From positions 6,174 through 70,173 of the forward strand of contig CAILLX010000133.1 in the NCBI GenBank assembly GCA_903835185.1: a stretch of DNA of 64,000 nucleotides. The letters are read 5' to 3'. The DNA comes from an uncultured bacterium (GTDB lineage Bacteria; Cyanobacteriota; Vampirovibrionia; Obscuribacterales; Obscuribacteraceae). The notes beneath the pieces were generated by a model. The model was given only the letters and a program-made list of their open reading frames with translations. It did not search any database and was not told the DNA's origin. This document shows, piece by piece, positions 46,913-55,956 of the stretch. Each line of letters opens with the position of its first letter. Positions within the stretch are counted from its first letter, which is position 1. The position numbers and the translations under genes were made by a program.

Positions 46913-46975
46913 AGTTCACTTAAGCCGCAGCGATAACCAAGGCGCGTCTCGACGCGCCGCTACAGTTCGACGTGA
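46913..46975 (+). repeat. partial REP-like unit (left arm plus one hairpin) directly after the malQ stop
   Basis: GTTCACTTAAGCCGC (shared with copy 2), then GGCGCGTCTCGACGCGCC+GCTAC. It could double as the malQ terminator stem. Confidence 0.65.
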
Positions 46976-47003
46976 TGAAACTGCACAACCCAAGGATAAA
47001 ACA

Positions 47004-47150
47004 AATACCGTCTGTAGGGCAGCTGTAGGTGCGGCTGCAGGGCGGCTGTAGAGGCTGTAGAGGCTGTAGGGAGGCTGTAGGGAGGCTGTAGGGAGGCTGT
47101 AGAGGCGGCTCGAGAGCCGCCCGCCGAACGCGTCTAAACGTCTCGGTATT
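47004..47150 (+). repeat. REP-like unit with an internal tandem expansion (nine CTGTAG-type units of 9-12 bp, 47012-47108)
   Basis: AAATACCGT left arm. Units in order: CTGTAGGGCAG, CTGTAGGTGCGG, CTGCAGGGCGG, CTGTAGAGG x2, CTGTAGGGAGG x3, CTGTAGAGGCGG. Then GGCGGCTCGAGAGCCGCC hairpin, a degenerate second hairpin, and the CGGTATTG right arm. Confidence 0.8.
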
Positions 47151-47196
47151 GCAGGTAGAGATCTTACTCGGCTAAAACAGCGCATGGGACAGCAAA

Positions 47197-48663
47197 TTAT
47201 GAATGAGGCAGTCCAAATACGTAATAGACAAGGCACAAAGCTGCCAGCACAATCGATCCAGGATGCAACTCACGAGCACGTCCGACTAACGCTTTGAAGA
47301 CAGGATAAATGATCAAGCCGGCGGTCAGTCCGTTAGCAATGTTGTAACTGAAAAGAATAACGACAACAGTGACAAATGCTGGTAATGTCTCAGTAAGATC
47401 ATTGAAATCAACTTTGTTGATAGAAGGGAGCATGAGCAGTCCTACAGCCATTAAAGCTGGTGCATAAGCATAACTCAGGTGCTGCAACGGTTCAAGCAAT
47501 GGAATAAAAAAGAGGGACAGCGCAAAAAGAGCTGCCACAACAAGCGCTGCAAGTCCGGTGCGAGCGCCTTCTTTAATACCTGTTGCTGACTCAATAAAGG
47601 CGCCGCTAGTAGATGAGCCAGCCAGAGCGCTGAACATGCAAGCGAAGGAGTCGACCAACATGGGCTTTTCAATCTCAGGGAAGTTGCCATCTTCATCAAG
47701 CATGTCCCCGGCTGATCCGACTCCCACCAGAGTTCCTAATGTGTCCAGGAAGCTCATGAGAAACAGCGTGATGAGAATAGGCAGAAAAGAGAGCTGAAGA
47801 ACACCCAGTATGTCCAGCTTGAATGCAATTGGTGCCAGCGTATATTCTCCCCTGAAGGGCATATCAATGATCGCCTTGGGCAGCTCTCCCATACCGCAGA
47901 GATAGCCTGCAACAGCAGTAAGAGCTATTCCTATAAGAATTGCTCCTTTCACCTTTTTGTACTGCATAAAGGCTATAAGGATAAAGCCGAAGACAGCCAG
48001 AAGCACATGCAGATCGTGGAAATTACCGATCTTGAGCGGCACATCAGGTGCCCGCAAGAATTGACCGGTAGGTCCGACAAGCGACTGCCACGGCATACCA
48101 GCTGCTGCACTGGTAACAATGCCTGTTTCATAAAGACCTATAAAAGCAAGAAACAGACCTATTCCAGTAGCAAAACTGTGCTTCATACTTGGGGAAATAG
48201 AGTTGGCAAGCCACGGTCGCAAGCGCAATACTGACATAAGGAAGAATGCCACACCACTGACAAATACTGCACCAAGTCGCTGTTGCCAGCCAATGCCCAT
48301 GGCAGCCAGACCGAAGGCAATAAATGCATTCTCGCCCATGTATGGTGCCACAGCAATCGGTCGATTAGCATACAAGGCCATGAGCAGACAGCCAAAGACT
48401 GCAGTAGCAATAGTGGCAACAGTGCTTGGACCTACCGGTATTCCAGCGAAACTGAGAATGGCTGGATTAACAACTATGATGTAAGCCATTGTCATGAAAG
48501 TGGTAAGCCCACCAATAAGCTCGATGCGCACTGTGCTGCCACGGTCACCAATCATAAAGAAGCGATCCAGGAAGCTTCCCAGGCGGTCTTTTTTCTGCCT
48601 GTGCGACGCAAGATCCGCACTGCTGTCTACAAACTCGCCTACTTCACTTTGAACATTTCTCAC
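47197..48663 (-). CDS. NCS2-family (AzgA-type) purine permease
   Basis: LDRFF...GSTVRIELIGGLTTFMTMAYIIVVNP N-terminus and about 12 TM segments, typical of adenine/guanine/hypoxanthine permeases. Confidence 0.85.
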   Translation of the reverse strand: MRNVQSEVGEFVDSSADLASHRQKKDRLGSFLDRFFMIGDRGSTVRIELIGGLTTFMTMAYIIVVNPAILSFAGIPVGPSTVATIATAVFGCLLMALYANRPIAVAPYMGENAFIAFGLAAMGIGWQQRLGAVFVSGVAFFLMSVLRLRPWLANSISPSMKHSFATGIGLFLAFIGLYETGIVTSAAAGMPWQSLVGPTGQFLRAPDVPLKIGNFHDLHVLLAVFGFILIAFMQYKKVKGAILIGIALTAVAGYLCGMGELPKAIIDMPFRGEYTLAPIAFKLDILGVLQLSFLPILITLFLMSFLDTLGTLVGVGSAGDMLDEDGNFPEIEKPMLVDSFACMFSALAGSSTSGAFIESATGIKEGARTGLAALVVAALFALSLFFIPLLEPLQHLSYAYAPALMAVGLLMLPSINKVDFNDLTETLPAFVTVVVILFSYNIANGLTAGLIIYPVFKALVGRARELHPGSIVLAALCLVYYVFGLPHS

Positions 48664-48980
48664 AAGCTGTCTCCTCAGGCTGCTTTGCTTAAACCGTCAA
48701 GCTGCTTTGTTGCTAATAATTGGCACGTGCAGCAGAGGGCTTCACGGTATTGTTGATCATGAGGCGGTGCTTTAGCTCCTTTATATGGCGATCCTGCTTT
48801 AGATTTTGCTCACCCATGCGCTGATCAGTTGCTTATTGCGCTATCGATACATGACCTTTCGATCGCAAAGCTGCCTGGCAACTGACAGTTTTTCTTTCTT
48901 TGACGACTTCTGGTGATTGTTTATAAGTACAGGTGACCAGCTAGAGAAATCATGAGTAATGTTCATTGATCACCTAGCCC

Positions 48981-49080
48981 CAATACCGTTTAGATAAGCG
49001 GTCGACAACTTGTAGGGGGGCTCGCAAGTCCCCAGCGGGCGCGTCCCGACGCGCCCCTACGCCTTAGCTGTACGGTATTG
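48981..49080 (+). repeat. REP/REPIN-like element, most complete copy, with 9-bp terminal inverted repeats
   Basis: CAATACCGT (48981-48989) ... tGTAG+GGGGGCTCGCAAGTCCCC ... GGGCGCGTCCCGACGCGCCC+CTAC ... ACGGTATTG (49072-49080). Confidence 0.8.
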
Positions 49081-49090
49081 TACCTTACCC

Positions 49091-49468
49091 TCACACGCTC
49101 AAAGTCAGTTGACTCCATTTGTCCAGAGAACTGCTGCCAGACAGATGCTGTCCAATCAGTTGCGCCAAGTGTTTTGCCTTTGCTTCGTTATTGCCGGAGT
49201 AATCGCACACATGGATATCGACTGTCGCCAGTTTATGCTCCGGCCACAAATGTATTGCCACATGCGACTCCTCAAGCACGGCAACAGCGGATGCCCCCTG
49301 TCCCGGGAAAGTGGCAACTACATCTGCAACAACCGTAAGCCCAGCTTGCACGATTGAGTCCTTGAGCATAGCCAGCAACTGCTCGACCGGCAGCAGCGCC
49401 TGCCCTTCTGCAAGCGGCAATATTGCCGAGAGGTGATGGGATTTGAGCTTAGTGACTGTTTCTTTCAA
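49091..49468 (-). CDS. speD: S-adenosylmethionine decarboxylase proenzyme (small SpeH/SpeD type)
   Basis: AVAVLEESHVAIHLWPEHKLATVDIHVCD matches the self-processing ES|H site and the ..HTWPE... motif of class-1 AdoMetDC. Confidence 0.78.
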   Translation of the reverse strand: MKETVTKLKSHHLSAILPLAEGQALLPVEQLLAMLKDSIVQAGLTVVADVVATFPGQGASAVAVLEESHVAIHLWPEHKLATVDIHVCDYSGNNEAKAKHLAQLIGQHLSGSSSLDKWSQLTLSV

Positions 49469-49507
49469 GATATGCTCCTCGGCAAATTGAGCTAATCAAT
49501 CGTTGGA

Positions 49508-51139
49508 TCATGTTGTTGTGAGTTGCTCAAGAACGTTGCTGGCCGCAGTAATTCCCTGGTACTGCGCCTCTTCGAAATTAGACATTCCGCTCATGTCGGA
49601 GTTAGCAAAGAATATATTGCCATAGTTCTTCTTCATGCTGGAGCGCCCCTGCCCCCAGATAAAACCTACCGTAGGGCTTACCATGCCATGCCCCCATGGA
49701 CAGAACTCAATGGAAAGGATCTCACTATCGATACCAGGGTGCATGCTGGTCAGATCTTCTACAATAAATTCTGACCACTTGTGACCAGACATAGAAAGCA
49801 GTCTCCTGCGGGCTGCCACAGGATCTTCATCGGACAGAGGATAATAATAGGTCACCACTTTCTCACCTTCTCTCGTTGTAATGTCCTGATGGTTGGCAAC
49901 CACATAACCAAGCGACTTGCTAGTATAGCTCACATTGTCCCAGCACAGGGACACTGTGCCCGATGCGGGAATGTGCTTGATTATAATATTAGCCACCATC
50001 CATGGTGCATAGCATGGATGGTGGGCCGCTTCAGCGGAATAGCCGGCAATAATATGTGGAGCAAGGAATCGTGGCGTCGCGAAGATGACATATTTCGAGT
50101 TGACAACGTGCTGTCGGTTAGTTTTAGAGTCAAAATAAGTGATGACAGCCCCGCCGTCCACAGTTTCAATTTTAGTTACTGCTGCACTGGCTATGACGCG
50201 CCCATTCGCTTGCTCTTTTAGCTTTTCCACCAGAAAGCCGTTCCCTTCCGGCCAGGTTACAACAGAGTTAAGTTCTGCATTTGCAGCAACGCCGCGGCGA
50301 CCCGCAAAATAGTGAAGCCCTGCCCATGCTGAGACGCGCTCTATAGTTGAGCCGTAATCATCACGGCAACAGTAGTTCAAATACCAGAATAACGGCTTGG
50401 CATCAAATTTGTTGTCCTGCAGCCATTGACTGAAGGAGAGATTGTCTAGCTGGATCCATTGCTCATCACCCGAGCTCAAATCAAGTGGAATGGCAAAAGC
50501 AGGTTTCCCATCGGCGCCAGTTGCCTGGCGAAAGCTTTTTATAATTTCGAAGAACCGGGCTATCTGCTTCTTATCTTCCCCCTGAAGCCCTCTGCGCGGA
50601 ACCATTCCTTCCTGAAAAGCACCATCTTTGAACAGTCTCTCCTGCGGCTCGTGGCAGAGATAAAGTTCGTTATAGACCGGCAATCCACTGGAGTTGTGTC
50701 CTTGAATTATTCTCAGCTCTTCAAAAAGCATATGCACATACCGGGACTCGCTATTGGCCAGAGGTACATAATGAGCACCCCATGGATACTTGCTTATACT
50801 GTTTGCCCCAGAACATGAATTACCACCCACCTCATCTTCCAGCTCCAGAAGTACATAATCTGAGCAGCCCTGTTTATCCAACCACCAGGCAGCTGACAGT
50901 CCGGCAATACCACCGCCGACTATGACAACGGTGCTCCGGAGAGGTTCACTTTCCACAGGTATATCTGCAAGCTCTCCATCGCGCAACCTGTGTCCTAAAG
51001 CGACTGATGGTCCTCGCAGCTGGCCTGGAATTGGCTCCGGTTGCCGCAACCACCTGTACGAGATTTCTGCAGACACAACAGCAGCAGCACAGCCAATTGC
51101 CCCCTTCAAGAAGGTCGACCTATCAATGCGCTTCGGCAT
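49508..51139 (-). CDS. FAD-dependent amine-oxidase-like oxidoreductase
   Basis: VVIVGGGIAGLSAAWWL dinucleotide fold with LELEDEVGGN. Start moved to ATG 51139 (MPKRIDRSTFLKG) because the 60-codon upstream extension in the ORF track lies inside the preceding gene. Confidence 0.72.
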   Translation of the reverse strand: MPKRIDRSTFLKGAIGCAAAVVSAEISYRWLRQPEPIPGQLRGPSVALGHRLRDGELADIPVESEPLRSTVVIVGGGIAGLSAAWWLDKQGCSDYVLLELEDEVGGNSCSGANSISKYPWGAHYVPLANSESRYVHMLFEELRIIQGHNSSGLPVYNELYLCHEPQERLFKDGAFQEGMVPRRGLQGEDKKQIARFFEIIKSFRQATGADGKPAFAIPLDLSSGDEQWIQLDNLSFSQWLQDNKFDAKPLFWYLNYCCRDDYGSTIERVSAWAGLHYFAGRRGVAANAELNSVVTWPEGNGFLVEKLKEQANGRVIASAAVTKIETVDGGAVITYFDSKTNRQHVVNSKYVIFATPRFLAPHIIAGYSAEAAHHPCYAPWMVANIIIKHIPASGTVSLCWDNVSYTSKSLGYVVANHQDITTREGEKVVTYYYPLSDEDPVAARRRLLSMSGHKWSEFIVEDLTSMHPGIDSEILSIEFCPWGHGMVSPTVGFIWGQGRSSMKKNYGNIFFANSDMSGMSNFEEAQYQGITAASNVLEQLTTT

Positions 51140-52625
51140 ACTCACCCCATTCCGATTCGAAGAGATGCACCAGCGCCTGATTGTTGAGCCGGTTAACCAC
51201 ATGTGTAGTCGGCAACATATCAGGAGCAAATGTGAGCATCTGGGCAAATGTGGCTGAATTGACATAGCGCAGCCCGGGCGGATACTGGGACGCAGGAGTA
51301 AAGGTGGACAGTGTGCCAATCACATAGCCCCAGTCTCCAAACGATGGTACATAAGCATGATAAGGAAGCGTTTGGAAACCAGCAGATTTCAGCGTGTCCA
51401 CTACACACCAGTAAGAATTCTTTGCATAATAAGGTGAAGTGCTTTGAACGACCACTGCTCCATCCCTATTCAGCACAGTCTTCAGTGTCTTATAAAACGT
51501 CTGGCTGTATAACTTACCCAGAGAAAAATTGCTCGGATCAGGGAAATCGACAATTGCCAGGTCAAAACGCTGCGTACAGCGTCTCAGCCATACGAAAGCA
51601 TCATCTGTAATGATTGACACTCTGGAGGCGCTTAAGGACCGATTGTTCAATCGCGACAGAAGTGCCTGTTCCTTAAACATGTTTGTCATCTTGCGATCGA
51701 GATCAACCAGGACTATTGATTTAATTGACGGATATTTCAAGAGCTCCCGCACTGCCATGCCGTCTCCGCCACCAAGAACCAGGACATTATGGAGGCTGTG
51801 CATAGCTGCTGTTACCGGATGAACGAGTGCTTCATGATAACGATATTCATCACGCGAGCTAAATTGGAGGTTGCCGTTGAGGAAAAGACGGATGTCCTTA
51901 CCGCTGTTAGTAATCAGTATGCGCTGATATGGAGTTGAGGTCGAAAGAATAATCGGATCAGGATAAGCCGTACTCTCAGCCCATGACGTTAGCTGCTCTG
52001 AAAACACAAAGCCACAGACCAGTACGCCTGCCACTGCAATTGCAAAAGAATAAAGCAACGAGAGCCAGGGCAGTTCAGATTTAAACAGGCGAATGGTCCA
52101 AACGGCGACCATAGTATTCAGCAGACCGAAAAGAAAAGAGGATCTAACCAGTCCAAGGTGAGGCACCAGAACGAGAGGGAAGAGGAGTGACGCAATAAGA
52201 GCTCCGACATAATCAAAAGTGAAGACTTTAGAGACCAGCTCTGTAAAATCAAGTCTCTCTTTGAGAATGCGCATGAGAAGCGGGATTTCAAGCCCAATGA
52301 GAATTCCGATAACAGCAACAATGCAATAGAGAAGAACGCGAAAGCTCTCAACCTGATTAAAGAGAAGAAAGAGCAAAGCAGCTGACGAGCCGCCAACGGC
52401 ACCTACCAGCAACTCGACTCTAATAAAGGTAAGGACCAGGTTCTTCTTTATGTACTTGGAAAGAAATGAGCCGATGCCCATAGAGAAGAGGTAGACACCT
52501 ATTACAGTCGAAAACTGGGTGACTGAATCACCCAGCAAATAGCTGGCTACTGTTCCGGCAATTAATTCATAGACCAGGCCGCAGGTCGAAATGACAAAGG
52601 CCGTAATCAACAGTGCATAAGTCAA
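51123..52625 (-). CDS. spermidine-synthase-like aminopropyltransferase fused to an N-terminal polytopic membrane domain
   Basis: About 7 TM helices, then YQRILI, LNGNLQFSSRDEYRYHEALVH, VLVLGGGDGMAVRELLK, VDLD and DFPDP motifs of the SpeE fold. Confidence 0.85.
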   Translation of the reverse strand: MTYALLITAFVISTCGLVYELIAGTVASYLLGDSVTQFSTVIGVYLFSMGIGSFLSKYIKKNLVLTFIRVELLVGAVGGSSAALLFLLFNQVESFRVLLYCIVAVIGILIGLEIPLLMRILKERLDFTELVSKVFTFDYVGALIASLLFPLVLVPHLGLVRSSFLFGLLNTMVAVWTIRLFKSELPWLSLLYSFAIAVAGVLVCGFVFSEQLTSWAESTAYPDPIILSTSTPYQRILITNSGKDIRLFLNGNLQFSSRDEYRYHEALVHPVTAAMHSLHNVLVLGGGDGMAVRELLKYPSIKSIVLVDLDRKMTNMFKEQALLSRLNNRSLSASRVSIITDDAFVWLRRCTQRFDLAIVDFPDPSNFSLGKLYSQTFYKTLKTVLNRDGAVVVQSTSPYYAKNSYWCVVDTLKSAGFQTLPYHAYVPSFGDWGYVIGTLSTFTPASQYPPGLRYVNSATFAQMLTFAPDMLPTTHVVNRLNNQALVHLFESEWGEYAEAH

Positions 52626-52630
52626 CGTAG

Positions 52631-52888
52631 TTATCCGTGAATTGCCGAAGCTACAATAAGGCCAACCGACACTATCATGGCACCAAGCGCCACAGCAAGC
52701 GGCAGGTTCTTCTCAATAACTATTTCATCCCACAGCTTATGCGGAGTGAGCCAATCGAAGACAACGCAGGAGAACGTCAGAATCGCTATGCCCAGCAATG
52801 AGTAGACAATTGACGACACAATGTACTTTAGTGCAAAAACTTGATCCACAGTTGTTTGTTCCTCCGAAGTTACTTGTGATAAATGCAT
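52631..52888 (-). CDS. DUF350 (YjfL-like) small membrane protein
   Basis: 85 aa with the pattern LLGIAILTFSCVVFDWLTP...WDEIVIEKNLPLAVALGAMIVSVGLIV, typical of DUF350. Confidence 0.62.
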   Translation of the reverse strand: MHLSQVTSEEQTTVDQVFALKYIVSSIVYSLLGIAILTFSCVVFDWLTPHKLWDEIVIEKNLPLAVALGAMIVSVGLIVASAIHG

Positions 52889-53010
52889 GGACCGGTGGAC
52901 TTGGACGGTGCAGCAGCCCCTGGATCAATAATCCTCCACCCCTGAGCTGAAGCATATGCAAAGAGAACACATATTAGGATTCCAGAGGCAAGATAGATTC
53001 GTGCCATAGA

Positions 53011-54354
53011 CTAATCCCCCGAACTGGCATACGGTGAATAGTCGCTGTCAGACCAACGCTGCACTTCATAGCTGCGACTTCTAATCCAGGTGAAAACAGG
53101 AATAATTGAGACGAAGAACAAGCACCAGAAGTAGTTGGCATAATCAGGTACATCACGTCTGACCATAACAAAGAACGTCCTGGAGGCAAGATCTTTAAAG
53201 GACCCGCTTTCAAAATCAAGATTCAAGTAGTAATCTCCGCCCGGCACCGACGAGAACAAGATCTGATTCACCGTGCTGCCTTCGCTCCACGACTCGCCAC
53301 CATCGACACCAAAGTAGTATTCCACCGTGCGTTCAAATGGATAAACTTCACCTGTCTTGTTGTTAACCAATTCACCTGAGGAGTAAAACCAGCTGTTGCT
53401 AACGTCTGGAACATCAAATTTTACAGACAGATTGGCAGAGCTCTTCTCAAGGTTAAACACCGATGTAGTGAGAGTCTGTGTGCTCTTGCTGTTGGGAATA
53501 TACGGATAGCCTTCCTTGAATACAGACTTGTTAGCCGCAGTCACACAAAACCCGATTTCAATAGCAGTCAACAGGGCAAAAAAGACGATCCATAATCTGG
53601 ATATCTTCTCCCATCGTGCTGACCACGGCGATAGTTGATTAGCAGCGATGCCCTGCTGTTGCGGAAGCTCGTCAGTCCGCAACTTGAATGCTTCAGCAAC
53701 CTCATTAGATGCAATATATTCAGAGAGACTCCAGACAACTTCCTTATCATCCCTCTCCGAAGACAACATCTCCGGTGGGCATATATAGTCCTCCATCTCG
53801 ACTTTCTGTTCGGCCTCAATCCTCCAGTAGAACTCGCCGAGGACAAAAAGCATGATAGCTGTGCCATCGTAGAACAGCTTATATTTCTTGCCATCCAGCT
53901 CAGCATGACGCCGGCTCGACCAGGCGCAGTCGATAGCAGGATTCTCTTTTATTGTTTTCACGAAGTTCCAGTGACCGTTATTCTCCGTAAGCCAGCGGTA
54001 GCCATGGTAAGGATTGAATAACAAATATTCGTCCCAGGTCACACAACTTGCTCTGTCCTGCCTGACAATATAGCCTGTAACCTCCCACTGTTCACCTTTG
54101 AGCTTACCTCGAGTACCCAGCTGAATGCGCGGCTTGCATACTTGCGTAGATTTGGAGAACTGATAGAGAATGCGATAGTTTTCGTCTGTAACATCGATAA
54201 CTGAATGGCAGGAATTGCACACTACAGTCATGGTACTGCCAGGATATTTGACTGAGATGGCAGCACCACAGTGAGTACAGCTCAAAGTCTTGACTGACCC
54301 AGACGGTTGCTGAGCCGACAGGGCAGGTGGTGGCACTTCCTCATTACCAGCCAT
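53011..54354 (-). CDS. zinc-ribbon + DUF4178-like protein with a C-terminal membrane region
   Basis: CTHCGA...CNSCHS ribbon, GEQWEVTGYIVRQD...WDEYLLFNPYHGYRWL block, and later TM segments (LWIVFFALLTAIEIGF; FWCLFFVSIIPVF). Confidence 0.6.
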   Translation of the reverse strand: MAGNEEVPPPALSAQQPSGSVKTLSCTHCGAAISVKYPGSTMTVVCNSCHSVIDVTDENYRILYQFSKSTQVCKPRIQLGTRGKLKGEQWEVTGYIVRQDRASCVTWDEYLLFNPYHGYRWLTENNGHWNFVKTIKENPAIDCAWSSRRHAELDGKKYKLFYDGTAIMLFVLGEFYWRIEAEQKVEMEDYICPPEMLSSERDDKEVVWSLSEYIASNEVAEAFKLRTDELPQQQGIAANQLSPWSARWEKISRLWIVFFALLTAIEIGFCVTAANKSVFKEGYPYIPNSKSTQTLTTSVFNLEKSSANLSVKFDVPDVSNSWFYSSGELVNNKTGEVYPFERTVEYYFGVDGGESWSEGSTVNQILFSSVPGGDYYLNLDFESGSFKDLASRTFFVMVRRDVPDYANYFWCLFFVSIIPVFTWIRSRSYEVQRWSDSDYSPYASSGD

Positions 54355-54973
54355 CGAGCTTCCTCAGATTGTTGAAGTTGAAATCATCAAACTCCTGGTA
54401 ACTGCCGGAAAACACTCTCACATCGCTGCCAGCATACTCTATGGTAGCCATGCCATTATCAGGTCCTGTCAGATCAACACTTGTCGATTCGCGCCCCTGT
54501 GTAGCAAAGAGCGGCAGCTCACCTTCGCTATACAGACACTTCACCTGGCGTATGTCTTCAACCTGAAAAACGCTTTGAGCTGTCAGACGTACATTGGTCC
54601 CTGGAGTCAGCGCGTTGCTGCTCGGTATCTCCCTGGTAGCAACTTCAAAGCACATGGCATAAAACCCCTGAGCTTCTGCCAGCCAGCCGGGGCTGCCATC
54701 TGCGAACAAGGCATACCACTCATTCCAGAATCCATCCGAATATCCGACTTTCAGCCGTCCAATCAGCTCAAATCGTTTTCCTGCGTATGTGCCCTGGCAA
54801 CCTATCTGCAGTGGTGTCATATCGTCCTGCAATTCGGACATCTTGCCAACAGCGCTCAAGTCCATGTCCTGGCGAACAAGAGTCGATTTGCAAAATGAGC
54901 AAACAGCAAAGACTGAAGCCTTTGAGCGAAAGGCTTCAGCAGCACCGCAAGAAGGACAGGCAAGAGTCAGCAT
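54344..54973 (-). CDS. zinc-ribbon + DUF4178 protein
   Basis: CPSCGA...CSFCKS ribbon, then FELIGRLKVGYSDGFWNEWYALFADGSPGWLAE, typical of DUF4178. Confidence 0.65.
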   Translation of the reverse strand: MLTLACPSCGAAEAFRSKASVFAVCSFCKSTLVRQDMDLSAVGKMSELQDDMTPLQIGCQGTYAGKRFELIGRLKVGYSDGFWNEWYALFADGSPGWLAEAQGFYAMCFEVATREIPSSNALTPGTNVRLTAQSVFQVEDIRQVKCLYSEGELPLFATQGRESTSVDLTGPDNGMATIEYAGSDVRVFSGSYQEFDDFNFNNLRKLDGW

Positions 54974-55956
54974 CAGGATATTCTCTTGAGGATTTCCGCT
55001 TTTTTGGTATCAAACTCTTCTTGAGAAATAATGCCTTTAGACAGCAATCCCTGTAATTTCTCCAGAAGCTGGAACGGATCTTCATGAGAATCCGCAGGAC
55101 TGGCTGTCTGGCTAAGTCCCTGCGCAAACGCCTGACCGATAGCCGCACCTGCTCCCAACCCAACTCCGGCCGAAGCAAACCCACCTTGATTGCTCGCTGC
55201 AGCAGCTATACTGTCAGCAGCCTGAAACTGCGCATACTTGCCGATATCACCAACCAGTTTCATCGAAGACTGTTTGTCCAAATACTGCTGCAATTCCTCA
55301 GGCAGAGTAATGCTTTGCACCAGGAAACTGCACAGAGTCAACCCGTAAGTAAAGAACGCAGGATCAAGCTCAGCCTTCAGCTGCTGCGAAAACTTAGTCT
55401 GATTGGCCGCCATGTCAAGAAAAGGCGTGTCTGCTTTGCCAAGCATTGTGGCAATCGAAGTCACGATGAGCGAGCGCAACTGCCCATCCAGTTCTGCCAC
55501 ACCATATTGTTCGCGGGTGCCACTAATCTTTTGATAAAACGTTGATGGCTCTTCAATCTGGTAAGAGTATGTGCCGAAGGCACGCAACCGGATAGGTCCA
55601 AACTCCTTGTCACGCACAGTTATCGCTGCCTGCGTTCCCCAGCGCTGATCTATCTGTTCTCTTGTCGAGTAGAAATAGACTTCCGATTTAAATGGCGATT
55701 TAAAAGCCTTGTCCCAGTTGAGCAACGTTGTCAGAATAGGCAGTGTTTGCGTGGTCAAGACATAGCGCCCCGGGCTGAATATGTCAGCAACATTACCTTC
55801 GTTGACGAAAATCGCCATTTGCGATTCTCGCACAGTCAACTGCGCTCCGCTGTTGATCTCTTTGTCCATCGTCGGGAAACGCCACGACAAGACTCCATCC
55901 TCGGACTCGGTCCAATCAATGACTTCAATAAACTGTTTCTTGAAAAGATCAAACAT
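54973..55956 (-). CDS. SPFH/band-7-like protein with a C-terminal SHOCT motif
   Basis: MFDLFKKQFIEVIDW...LTVRESQMAIFVNEG...FKSEVYFYS N-terminal pattern of the COG4260-type SPFH family. C-terminus LLSKGIISQEEFDTKKAEILKRI (SHOCT). ATG 55956 is preceded by GGGAG. Confidence 0.7.
   Translation of the reverse strand: MFDLFKKQFIEVIDWTESEDGVLSWRFPTMDKEINSGAQLTVRESQMAIFVNEGNVADIFSPGRYVLTTQTLPILTTLLNWDKAFKSPFKSEVYFYSTREQIDQRWGTQAAITVRDKEFGPIRLRAFGTYSYQIEEPSTFYQKISGTREQYGVAELDGQLRSLIVTSIATMLGKADTPFLDMAANQTKFSQQLKAELDPAFFTYGLTLCSFLVQSITLPEELQQYLDKQSSMKLVGDIGKYAQFQAADSIAAAASNQGGFASAGVGLGAGAAIGQAFAQGLSQTASPADSHEDPFQLLEKLQGLLSKGIISQEEFDTKKAEILKRIS

Noticed and set aside
47012-47108. Short direct repeats considered as a possible CRISPR array
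   Set aside because: The units are 9-12 bp and strictly contiguous with no spacers, and no cas genes are nearby. This is a tandem expansion inside a REP-like element.
46916-47236. 106-aa minus-strand ORF (…YSLYSLYSRPAAAPTAALQ…)
   Set aside because: It is simply the translation of the CTGTAGGG tandem repeat and REP hairpins between two convergent genes. Not coding.
48664-49090. Long (~430 nt) leader upstream of the NCS2 purine permease, examined for a purine riboswitch
   Set aside because: Reading the minus strand, I could not find the conserved purine-riboswitch core (three-way junction with the TATA…/…CTACC…GTAAAT… segments). Part of the region is REP copy 4. A covariance-model scan (Rfam RF00167) would settle it.
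51140-51319. 60-codon N-terminal extension of the FAD oxidoreductase ORF in the track (start 51319)
   Set aside because: It lies entirely inside the 3' end of the spermidine-synthase-like gene and is Cys/Arg/Leu-rich nonsense. ATG 51139 (MPKRIDRSTFLKG…) is the plausible start.
52974-53219. 81-aa minus-strand ORF between the DUF4178 and DUF350 genes
   Set aside because: It mostly overlaps the 3' end of the 53011-54354 CDS in another frame, with no motif or RBS.
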